DNA of 63,837 nucleotides, filler included, from Guillardia theta CCMP2712 (taxonomy: Eukaryota > Protista > Cryptophyta): assembly GCF_000315625.1 (NCBI RefSeq). It is 6 parts of 6 records of this genome, joined end to end, with 100 filler letters (N's around TTAATTAATTAA, not from the genome) between each part and the next. Parts side by side here need not be neighbours in the genome. Positions count along the whole stretch, not along the records: positions 1 to 21,335 come from NW_005434578.1; positions 21,436 to 39,257 come from NW_005434335.1; 4 more parts are not named here. One strand, written 5' to 3'. Made by a program: the position numbers and the translations under genes. The notes under the pieces are model-generated. The model was not told the DNA's origin and made no database searches. It saw only the letters and a program-made list of their open reading frames with translations. Positions 15,523 through 25,817 of this stretch are shown in pieces (within the stretch, counting starts at the first letter, position 1; every line of letters starts with the position of its first letter).

Positions 15523-16813
15523 TTACATCCTGAATTTGTTCTTAATCCATCGGATCTCATTCGAGTAAGTATCAGAGTGCATACCTCTGTGTAATTCGAT
15601 CATATCTTCATCATCATCAGGATCGATCATGTCATCAAAATCTCTTTTGATGTTCATGGCGTAGTTCGCCATTTGATCAGCTTCTTTGTTGTGTTCTCGT
15701 AGGACATGGCACAAATCAATCGCTTCAAACTGATAGAAATCAGACGCAACTAAGCAATCAAGTGTGCACCTGCTCCATCAACGACATCGCCTCTTTGCAC
15801 AACTCTTGGAGGTGCGTTTTATCACATCTCCATTGCTTGTTTACCTACTGCATGTGAGCTTTGTAGAGGCGATGGATATAATCAGCCTGGTTGATGACAA
15901 GCTTACTGTCGCCGTTCACCTTAAGCCTTGTGATCTTCAGTTCACGCGCCTTTCGCAGGCCTGGCTAGGTTAGTTTAGAGCACGATCCGGCAGGTCTTAC
16001 CCAGGATCAGGCCTTTGTACTCAGCCTCGTTGTTGGTGGCAGCACCCAAAAAGAGCCCTCCTCTCCATATCATCTGATGCTTATGGTATAGAACAGCTCC
16101 TGACCCAGCTGTTGTTGTGCTCTGACCATTCCCTCGCGATCCTCCATCGAAAGAGAGAAAGTAGTGAAATGAAGCAGTATCTAAAGACTTGATCTTCTTG
16201 TTGCTGGCATGGAGCTGATTGCATGTTTTGCTTTCATATTGAATGTCTGTCGGATCGACAACTTGTGCCTTCCTCTGCCTCTTTCCGACTCATAAATAGT
16301 AAGGCAAATGAATGTAAGTGTTAAAGATACCTTGAGGAAGGTCTAATGAAGCAGAGGGTTGTTCTGCCTCATGCAACCACTAGCAAATAAATTTTAATCG
16401 GCCAGATTTCGCTCTCACAGAGCAAAGGAGAGGAAATCTCTGACCTGTTCTGCTTCTTGTATGGACTTAAACTTCCTGAGCATGCGCAGTGAGTCCACAA
16501 AAGAAGCTTCCGTGAGAGAGCACAAGGGGTCGCGCCTTGATACAGGGACTCACCTCAGGTTTTGCATTCCATGAGGAAATCCAGTGACTTGCTCGAACGC
16601 ATCTTCCCCTGCCTCTTCTCATCAGGTCGGCAGACGATCAGTACAAGACACTTCAAAGAACAGGCAGGAAAAGACAGCAATCATCTTCGGATGGATATTT
16701 TGATGGATAGAGATGGAATGGAGAAAAAGTAAGAAGAAGACCGCACATGAAAAAAAGACTCCTGTCTTCCTGCCCACCCGCACGGCCCAGCAAACTTCCT
16801 TCTTCTTCTCCAT
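15523..16813 (-). CDS. Ribonuclease H1 (N-terminal hybrid-binding/viroplasmin-like domain plus RNase HI domain), multi-exon
   Basis: N-terminal WAVRVGRKTGVF. Catalytic motifs read on the minus strand: FDGGSRGN, ATNNEAEYKGL, VNGDSKLVINQ, HVLREHNKEADQMAN. Confidence 0.88.
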
Positions 16814-16965
16814 TGCAGGTTGCCCCCACTCTGTACCTGTGTTGACCAACTTGAATGAAAGACTTTAACTTAACGTTGAGTAAAGCCGACCGTGCCAGCC
16901 TGCCTTCACTCTACTGTCTGACCCTCTCAGTAGAGTCAAAGTGAGGCCCCGGGCCCTGCCTTCAA

Positions 16966-17074
16966 GTTTTACTGAGGGTTGGGGGTTTACTGAGTTAGCC
17001 TAGTAGGGTTGAGGGTTGAGCCTGGCACGGTTTAGCCCGGGTTTAGGGTTGAGGGTTGAGGGTTGAGGGTTTGG
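16966..17074 (+). repeat. Degenerate telomere-like repeats (TTGAGGG/TTTAGGG variants)
   Basis: GTTTAGGGTTGAGGGTTGAGGGTTGAGGGTTTGGG plus interrupted variants upstream. Confidence 0.8.
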
Positions 17075-17272
17075 GCGATGGAGGGAGTGACATCTGCCAG
17101 GCCGGACTGAGTCAGCGAGAACTTGAAGATCAGGGAGGCGCTCGCAGTCGAGCTGACACTCAGCGGCAGGCGACGGCCGCAATTCAGCCGTGTCACCGCC
17201 GCCGCAAAACAAGCTGAAAAAGGCAACAAGGATCGGATGTAGAAGAACCGGGCAGCGGGCAGCAGCAGGGAC
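17075..17272 (+). pseudogene. Decayed internal fragment of the telomere-associated element (copy 0)
   Basis: Aligns by eye with 21036-21182, e.g. GAAGATCAGRGAGGCGCTCGCAGTCGAGYTGACA, with many small insertions. Confidence 0.8.
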
Positions 17273-17319
17273 TTAGGGTTTAGGGTTTAGGGTTTAGGGT
17301 TTAGGGTTTAGGGTTTAGG
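17273..17319 (+). repeat. Telomeric repeat tract (TTTAGGG), about 6-7 units
   Basis: Seen directly. Confidence 0.97.
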
Positions 17320-17428
17320 AGCCGGCCCTTAGTAAGAGCATGCTGCCCTGCGGCGCGTAGGGAGAGCGCAAGGGGACCGGTGGAAGCTGCGAGCAAGAGG
17401 TTCGTATAGTTCAAACAGCTTTCTAAGC

Positions 17429-19263
17429 ATGGTACTACAGTATGATGAAAGCGTTCGCAACCTGCTGTATCGGAGATCATGCCAATACACGCAGGGTGAG
17501 CGCTCTGGAGGCCACGTCGAGGAGGCCGCCGACCTCGTCGAGAAGGTGAAGAACTTCACCAAGCGTTATCCGAATAGTCGGACAGCTTATGCTTGCAGAG
17601 CTGAGGGGGGATGCACTCCCGACGCTATCGCTGAAGCCATCCGCTCGACATGTCGGCAGGCGAGACGCGACCTGTTTGAAGACTCTCTGAGCGAATGGAG
17701 CTCAGAGTCGAGAGCATGGTTTATTCAACAGATGGAGGAGGCCAAGAAGCAGAATGTCGAGACATACATCGGCACCGAAGGCACCGAGGGGACCTCCTTC
17801 ATCTCCATGACTCTCCTAGGGATTTCCTCGATGTATGTTCGACAAGAAGAAAAGTTGAAAACGAAGCTTATGGAGCTAGGTCTCATGGTAGACTCAGTCG
17901 ATGGAGTCGACAAGGCCATCATGTGGAAGCACCTTACAGACCTGAGATAGCACGAGCAGACGACATCTCAGTCACCGTCTCCTTCCTTCGGAATGAAGCA
18001 GCCATGGAGCTATGGGAAGGCAGGACAGAATACGCCATCGAAGGGAGAGTCTTTCGAGCCACAGAGGTGAGCATTGCACATGACCGGTCGTTCAAGCTTC
18101 GAGCCAAGCGAGGACCTTGGGGCAAGGGAGGGAGCCTTGCCGAGCTATCGCAGCTCTTAGCTCTTGGAGGAATGTCGACGGCTGAGATCGCTCAGATCTA
18201 TCGATTTCAGCTGCTCTCGCAATCTCTTGCAGCCGCAGAGGTACAACCACTTGCGGGCATGCTCGTGCAGGGTCCTGGGCAGAGAGGTCGCAAGGGGCCG
18301 AGCCCGAAGACGTATGTCGCTGTTGGGGCAAGTACGGGCACTCTCCAGCAAAAAGAGCTGGAGTGGGTGCTGAGCTCGCCTTCGACGGCAAGCTGCGAGC
18401 AGACCTTGGCCTCGTTCAGAGAGAGCGAGGCGATGGAGGGGGTGCATCTCACTCTCATCAGCGACGACGTCAAGCTCAGAGAGACGTTTGCCGCAGTCGA
18501 GCTCACAGCCGACACCTTCGTGCCGAGGGGAAAGATTGCCAAGCAAAGGAGGGCACTTCGCGAGAGAGATCATGCGGGGCGCAGCAGCTTTAGAGTACAG
18601 ATCAAGTCGAGGTCAAGCATGAGCACAGGCCGCTTCTCGAGGAAGGAGATGGAAGCGCTGTGCGGAGAGGGCAGGGAAGAAAGCTGGGTGCATATCCAGC
18701 TAGCCTGCAAAGAATTTGAGCTCATGATCGCTTTGGCACACAACAGAGTAATGGAGACAATCAAGGGATGCCTGACAGAAAGCTGGAAGAAGAAAAGTGT
18801 TGAACAGGAGAGTTGGTGGCAAACGCCAATCAACTCTATGACAGGGCTAGGACTGACTGCACCAGAGCACGGCAATCTTATACCAGATGGGCTCTGCTAC
18901 TTCAGAGGGAGCAATCGCATTGTGCTGGTGGAGATAGCAAGAACTTCAGAGTTCACGGGCGAGGGAAGCAGTCTGGCAAACCTGAAAGCAAAGTTTCAGG
19001 AGAAAGAACAGAAATATGCAGCACTGCGGGCAGAGATGACAAGTAGGAGCGACAACACAGAGGTCATACAAGCCACGTTCATTGCAGGAGTGAGAGGCAG
19101 TATTATGGAGCGGGAATGGACCACAAATTTCCGGAACTTGCTCATGGACGAGGATATGATTGACAGAGCCATGACCAAGATAGTCATCCAGCTGCTCGAA
19201 GTGCAACACATGCTGTGGACCTCAAGGAGACGAGGAGACACGACCAACAGAGAACAAGCATGA
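17429..19263 (+). CDS. Element ORF (frameshifted near 17930-17950): RRM-like/ORF1-like region fused to a Zn-knuckle remnant and an RLE PD-(D/E)xK endonuclease
   Basis: ORFs 17429-17950 and 17695-19263. LCGEGREESWVHIQLAC..AHNRV; IPDGLCY..IVLVEIART..KFQEKEQKYAAL..FIAGVRGSI matches the RLE pattern of R2/CRE/NeSL-type retrotransposons. No YxDD RT motif. Confidence 0.78.
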
Positions 19264-19570
19264 AGGATATAAGATGGTTGGAAGATGAAGGGGTAAATAT
19301 CAACGAGGACAGATCACAAGGGAAGCCTCAAAAGCTAGCAACCAGGATCAGCATGGCTGGGAAGGGGCAAGGACACAGAAGACAGATGGGAGACGAAAGG
19401 GCAACGGTCAACGGACAGACCGAAGGTGAAGCCTCATAGGCGAAAAACAACCAACATGGCAAGGAAGGGGCAAGGACACAGGAGACAGATGGATGACGAC
19501 AGGGGAAAGGTCAACAAGGACAGACTGACGGGGAAGCTTCACAGGCGGCAGGCGGGGAAGGGACATGGAC
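19255..19570 (+). repeat. Imperfect ~105-bp direct repeats in the element 3' UTR
   Basis: GGAAGGGGCAAGGACACAG..GACAGATGG..GGTCAAC..GGACAGAC..GAAGC recurs near 19355 and 19460, with a more diverged copy upstream. Confidence 0.75.
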
Positions 19571-19832
19571 TTAGCGCAAAAACTGGACAGGTGGACGGTT
19601 ACACTGAAACCGTCAACCCGGGCCCGGAGGAGACATGGCCGCACCGGCGGCTCGGAACTGAGGACTATGGAAACAACAGAAACAGCGAAACAACGATAGA
19701 ACCCTGGATGCCACAACGGGCCATCCAAGAAGGGCCGCTCTGCCAAGCGTGAGAACCCATTTAGACTAGACTAGACCGGGAAGGTACCCGATGCGACTAC
19801 TCTAGCATTCTAATAAAATCGACTACTACTAC

Positions 19833-19927
19833 TAGGGTTTAGGGTTTAGGGTTTAGGGTTTAGGGTTTAGGGTTTAGGGTTTAGGGTTTAGGGTTTAGGG
19901 TTTAGGGTTTAGGGTTTAGGGTTTAGG
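19833..19927 (+). repeat. Telomeric repeat tract (TTTAGGG)12 plus partial units
   Basis: Seen directly. Confidence 0.98.
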
Positions 19928-21335
19928 TAGGGCGCCGTTATTTTCGGCAGCATGGCTCCTCGTCAGGTGTAGGGGAAGCCGCCAGGGCGCCAAGGAAGCT
20001 GCAAGCAAGAGGTTTGTATACTTCAAATAGCTTTCTAAGTATGGTTCTTCAGTATGATGAAAATGTTCGCAACCTGCTGTATCGGAGATCATGCCAATAC
20101 ACGCAGAGCGGACTTGTGGATGCCTCTGTCCTCGAAGCTGATCTCGTCGAGAGGGTGAAGAGCTTCGCGAAGCGTTATCCGAACAGCAGGACAGCCCAGG
20201 CTTGCAAGGCTGTGGAGGGATGCACCCCCGACGCTATCGCAGAAGCCATCCGCTCGACATGTCAGCAGGCACGACGTGNNNNNNNNNNNNNNNNNNNNNN
20301 NNNNNNNNNNNNNNNNNNNNNNNNNNNNNNNNNNNNNNNNNNNNNNNNNNNNNNNNNNNNNNNNNNNNNNNNNNNNNNNNNNNNNNNNNNNNNNNNNNNN
20401 NNNNNNNNNNNNNNNNNNNNNNNNNNNNNNNNNNNNNNNNNNNNNNNNNNNNNNNNNNNNNNNNNNNNNNNNNNNNNNNNNNNNNNNNNNNNNNNNNNNN
20501 NNNNNNNNNNNNNNNNNNNNNNNNNNNNNNNNNNNNNNNNNNNNNNNNNNNNNNNNNNNNNNNTGAGGAGATCCCGGTGACTGTTTCCTTCCTCCGCAAT
20601 GCACAAGCGGAGAAGCTCTGGCAGGGAAGAGAGGACTTCGCGATCGATGGTCGCAAGTTCACAGCTGTACATGTGAGCATCGTGCACGATCGATCTTTCA
20701 AGATTCGAGCCAAGAGAGGACCCTGGGGCAAAGGGGGCAGCTTGGCAGAGCTGACTCACCTGCTAACCTTGGGCGGCATGACAACGGCTGAGATAGCTGC
20801 CGTCTATCGCTATCAGCTGCTGCGCCAGTCCCTTGCAGCGGTCCAACTCCAGCCGCTGGCAGGCATGCTGGTCGCTGGGGCGCCAGGACAGCAAGTCCAC
20901 AAAGGCTTAGGTCAGAAAGGCTTCATCGCTGTAGGGGCCAACGTCATCTGGAGACAGAGGGAGGTGGAGTGGATCGTCTCCTCGAGCTGCCCAGAGGCGA
21001 ATGATACAGCATTTCGAGCTTTCCGAGAGAGCGAAGCGATGGAGGGAGTACACCTGACTCTGTTCAGCGAGGACCCGAAGATCAGAGAGGCGCTCGCAGT
21101 CGAGTTGACAGCTGATCGCTTTGTGTCCAGAAATAAGTTGAAGAAGGCATCAAGGATGCAGAAGAAGGCAGGCGGCAAGGACGGCAAGGAGATCAAGATC
21201 ATCATCAAGTCGACGGCGGCATCTGGTCGCTTCACGAGGAAGGAGATGGAGGGGCTGTGCAACGGCGGCAACACGTCTATCGCAAGAGTCAAGAGAGTCT
21301 TGTTGGAGATCGCTACACAGGCTCGAGATCAACGT
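19928..21335 (+). mobile_element. Second, diverged copy of the telomere-associated element (5' part, interrupted by assembly gaps)
   Basis: Encodes MVLQYDENVRNLLYRRSCQYTQ, HDRSFKIRAKRGPWGKGGSLAEL and FRESEAMEGVHLTL, homologous to copy 1 with many synonymous differences. Confidence 0.88.
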
Positions 21336-21435
21336 NNNNNNNNNNNNNNNNNNNNNNNNNNNNNNNNNNNNNNNNNNNNTTAATTAATTAANNNNNNNNN
21401 NNNNNNNNNNNNNNNNNNNNNNNNNNNNNNNNNNN
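21336..21435. other. Assembly join (N-run with a TTAATTAATTAA spacer); the same occurs near 39258, 53796, 58836 and 61802
   Basis: The same artificial-looking linker is flanked by N-runs of similar length at five places. Confidence 0.9.
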
Positions 21436-24400
21436 ACTGACTGACTCTCCATATTCGTTGACTACTTTTTTTTTGAAGCTTGTCATTCTGACTTTCTGTC
21501 TTGGTTTTTCGTTCCCATCAATTCTCTTATCGTTTTTGATCCATTTTCATTGTTTTCTCGCTGTTCTCTTCCTTGTTGGTCTATCTTTGTTCCACACCCT
21601 CGTCTTCTTTATCTTCCTTTCAACTTTCTCTCTCTCATTTGTGTTTGTTCCGCTCTTGTCATGCTGTACTTATCGAGCTTCTCGCTACTTCTCTCATTCA
21701 TTTTCAACTCTCCTTCTCCCTCCTTCGCCTTCACAACAAGCTTCGGTAGTGACCGTGACAAGTAAAACTGAAGCTGCTTCCTATCCTAGAACTCAACAAG
21801 GAGAGTAAATTGCTGTTCCCCACTAAGATGTGAAACTCTTTCCCTGGAGTATTCGGTCTGTTGAACCCTGGTCAGGTGAACTACAAGACTTGACATCTTG
21901 TATTCGTCATTGACCTTGCTCACACCATTGAGATTGTCCCATGTGTTTGCTTCTTCCTCCGCATCCCTCTCGCGTCACTCTCAATCGCTATTCGACTGTG
22001 TTGGAACAGAGTGCGTTCCTGTTGAAGACCTAGCAAGAAGAAGAGCTGATTAGGTTGTATCAAGCTAAACATGTTCCTCGGTATCTGTCATGTCAGAACC
22101 TCTCATGATCAACTCACTCGAACGTAGATTCTCATCACGAGCTTTCATCATGCTCATCGTGTTCTCCTGCCCTGCCGTGTAACAGGCAGAGGGATCGGAA
22201 GTTCAGACGGCAGGTGACGGAGGCGGAACTACATTAAACCGCAGCTCTACGTCTTATCACCTGCGTGCCTCGCTCTGGTGACCGCTGGGGTGACTTCATA
22301 CAGCATGACACACGTGCAGGTCTTGGCAGATCTTCATGTTGCTGTGTTATAGTTCATCGTGTTTATCATTTCTAACGCAAAACGTTTAGTGAAAACAACT
22401 GACAAGGACAAGTCACATCAGCACAAGCAATCGTCGTCGTTTTCATCCTCTGCGCTCATCAAGACACGCTGGTATTTACAATTATTGACACATGTACATA
22501 TCTACATCACTTGGCCCGGGTCACTTTCACCATGGCTTGCGATTCATCGCCTCCTTCTGAGCAAGCAGCAGCCTCCCCGTCATCTCTTCTGCCTCCGATG
22601 CTCGCAGCATCTGAAAGCGCGCCGGCTTCACGGCTCCAAGAGCATGAGGAGGAGCTTTCTGCTGAGCGCCAGCCTTGCCGGAGTTGCTGCCGAGGAAGGT
22701 CTGTTTCGCCATCAGCTCCATGCTGGTGCTGGCGATTGCTGGCTGCATTCCAAAGGAGAATTGCGAGGGGATGTAAAGTTCGCTGAACATCACGAGGATG
22801 GGGAGAAGGAGGAGGAAGAGCTTGGAAGAGCTTGAGCTTGCTTGGGTTTGTCCTTGGACACTCGAGTTCGAATCACTGCGAGGTAACATGTCAAAACGAA
22901 GACTACTAGTTTCAGTACGTGGTGAATGAACAACCGATTGTAAGATACGAAAAATAAAAGCTATGGAGCACATACTGAGCGAACTCTGACATGCTCATGG
23001 GTGACTTTTGACTTCTGCTGTTGCAAAACAATGGTTCCCTCACTACCACACAACCATCCTCTGGTTGGCCCGTACAGTTTCTCAACTAGCATCCATCTAC
23101 ATTCCATTGGCATTCCATCATGTATTCTGTACAGTCTTTCAGAAACTTCAGTCCTCTGCTAATGAGACATCAAGCGACAATCTATGATGGTCTGAAAACG
23201 TTCTCCTCGACAACCTTCACTTTCTCATCCATCCCTCGAGATATCTTCTGAGCGCTTTCTTCTCTGCCTTGTCTCCTCTTCCTCCTCTTCTTCCCGACCT
23301 CCCGCCATGCCATGACTGTGCCAAGATGTGTGCCATGCGCGGCTGTGTGAAGTTTCCTCCATTACCACCCACCCCATTCCTCGGACCCTGTGTTATGTCT
23401 CAAAACATCCCTCTGATCACCCCTACAAACGGAACAGTTCTAGCTTGATTTACAGGGGTGGGTATATCCAGGACCCGTCTACAACAACGTCGATTTTAAT
23501 CCTCCAGAAAGTGAGAGGGGTGGGTGGGTTCCACACCACCCGTGCTGGACTCCGGTACTAGAGTTCAGAATCTGTCGAAGACTGTACTACCCTACCTACC
23601 TTCCGTAAGTACCCTACCATCCTCAAATCAAAATTACCCACCCCCTCTTTTAGTTTGTACGGCTAAAACTTGTCTAAGCACCCCCCACGTCATCTCCCAC
23701 CCCCTTGTTATCCGACCTACCGTTGGTAGAGGTTCCCAGGGGGAAGCTAAATATCACCCTACCCCCTCATTACATACGTGTAGCCCCACCCCCTGTACCC
23801 CTACCCCCCTGTCCCTCACACTTTTTTCACTTTGGTTTGTGGACCAAGAGAGGATACCCCACCCCTAGACTTCTCAACGAACCCCATTGACTACCCCTCA
23901 AATTCCTTGCTAGTACCCCTTAATTGGCATAACCCCCCCCATTGCTAATAATCTACGAACGACTCACAGGACTCACTATTGAGAGGCGACCGGGCCCGGC
24001 GCCCGGCTTGGCTGGGCCCGGGCCCGCCGGACTCCGGAGGCCCTCCGGGATAGGACCGTCAGACTCGCCGAGTCCGGGAACTCAAGGGCCGGGCACCGTA
24101 GCACAGCCATCTGCCAGTTCTCCTGATTGTCCTCGTACTGCCATGATTTTTAGCTTAACCACTCCGACACGGTGGCCGGCGCAGACGGTGCCACCCGGTC
24201 ACCGTCGGCTGAGTGCCTGACAGACGGTGACTCAGTGATGGGAGCCTGACAGTGAGGGCCTGGGAAATCATGATATGACCGGGACAATGAGGAAGCCTTG
24301 ATGAGGCCCCAGTTCCGCGCCGCCCTCGGACCGTCGGCGTACAGCGGCCCGGGCCCCCGGGCCCGGGGTTTGCCGCATCATTGAACTTTGTGAGCCACTG

Positions 24401-25152
24401 CGGCTGCCGGCGCCGCGGGCTGACGGTTCGACCGACCGTGTCCACGGGCCCGGCGGCCGCGGCCACGCCGCGCCGCGCCGGGCGGCGCGTGCGGTGGCAG
24501 CCTGTGGGCCGGGCCGCCCAGAGGTGGACCCGGCGGCGGCCCCCGTCCGACCGTCACGGTCCGAGGGTCGGACTTCCGCCGAAGTTGCTGTCGCAGTCAC
24601 GGTCGGACTCATCGCTGACTTGGAGGAATCGGACTGGCAGAGTCTCACTGAAATCGAAGTCCCTAACTTAAGGTTACTTGAGATAAACTACCTTGGTACG
24701 CACAAACACCGTCAGGCGCCGGGCTCAGCGGCGCAGGCCCAGGATACCTTGTCAGTGTAGCATCACAGTTGAGAGTCAGTCGGGGACCAATGCTCAGCGG
24801 CTACCGTACGCCTGACGGTACGGTCTGTCACAAGCCATGATACTTTGGTGGAGAGCTCTCGGTCTTCGCTGTCGGTTCTTGTAGGTAAGATCATCCGATC
24901 AATCTCTGAGACGGCTGAGTTGTTGGGCGCAACTGAGAGGCCGGCGATCCGAGCCAGGCCGGGACGACACTCATCGGACACAATCTTAGTGTCAGTAATG
25001 ACTCCTCACAGCGGCCTTATAGCGGACGGTTATGGTTGTTTCAGGGACATTGACAAGAGCTTGACTCTGTGAGGTGAATCTACTGTAGATGGTGACAGAA
25101 ATCGGTCCAGGGCAATCACTGAATCGCCGATGATCAGCTCGCCATGGGAACC

Positions 25153-25574
25153 TTATGGTAACTTGAACAAGCATATTTGCACAAATGTGGAGCCAGACAT
25201 TGCACTGCAAATGGCACCCAGTCGAACAAAGATAGAGCCGCATGAAGCAGCTGATTATAGTACAAATGTCGTGCTGTATGCTCAGGTACTCTCGGTCAAC
25301 GACGGACAAGTCACCCGCACTAGTGTCATCGACTACTAGACACTGTGATTCAGCAGTCTTGCCATGATAGTCACTGAAAGTTGGGAGGAGCTTGACGGCA
25401 GGGCCTGACGGGCCGCGCGAATAAGTTCAGGTCCAGACCGTATTGAACGTCAAACAAGCCTACGTCAACTTCGGCCTGAGGCGAAAGCAAACTAAGGCTC
25501 AGTACTTCGTCTGGGAGAGTCTTTCAACCGCCGTAATAGCATGACTGAGAGCGACGCTCTTCGTCTGGGAGTAT
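25153..25574 (+). repeat. Left arm of a ~420-bp inverted repeat
   Basis: Reverse complement of 27849-28270 (TTATGGTAACTTGAACAAGC... to ...GTCTGGGAGTAT). Confidence 0.92.
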
Positions 25575-25817
25575 CTTACGTACAAGACTGAGAGCGAGGC
25601 TCTTCGTCTGAGAGTATCTTACGTACAAGACTGAGAGCAAGGCTCTTCGTCTGGGAGTATCTTACGTACAAGACTGAGAGCAAGGCTCTTCGTCTGGGAG
25701 TATCTTACGTACAAGACTGAGAGCAAGGCTCTTCGTCTGGGAGTATCTTACGTACAAGACTGAGAGCAAGGCTCTTCGTCTGGGAGTATCTTACGTACAA
25801 GACTGAGAGCAAGGCTC
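25543..25817 (+). repeat. 43-bp tandem array, 6 full units plus a partial unit
   Basis: GACTGAGAGCAAGGCTCTTCGTCTGGGAGTATCTTACGTACAA at 25543, 25586, 25629, 25672, 25715, 25758 and 25801. Inverted partial copies at 26166-26195 and 27849-27880. Confidence 0.96.

Larger units (their letters stand above)
17320..19834 (+). mobile_element. Telomere-repeat-associated non-LTR-type element, copy 1 (RLE endonuclease present, RT absent, probably non-autonomous)
   Basis: Bounded on both sides by (TTTAGGG)n. The 3' end has AATAAA (19812-19817) and a (CTA)4 tail running into GGGTTTA. The ORF ends in a degenerate CCHC knuckle and a PD..E..K..KY restriction-like endonuclease. Confidence 0.82.

Noticed and set aside
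17695-19263. Fanzor/TnpB or a DDE transposase
   Set aside because: No RuvC D-E-D motifs or terminal inverted repeats. The motifs match an RLE PD-(D/E)xK nuclease, and the 3' end has a poly(A) signal and a microsatellite tail.
21380-21391. TTAATTAATTAA as a biological motif
   Set aside because: It occurs only in the middle of N-runs at five joins and is an assembly spacer.
25543-25817. CRISPR-like array
   Set aside because: Units are contiguous and near-identical with no unique spacers, no cas genes are nearby, and the context is eukaryotic.
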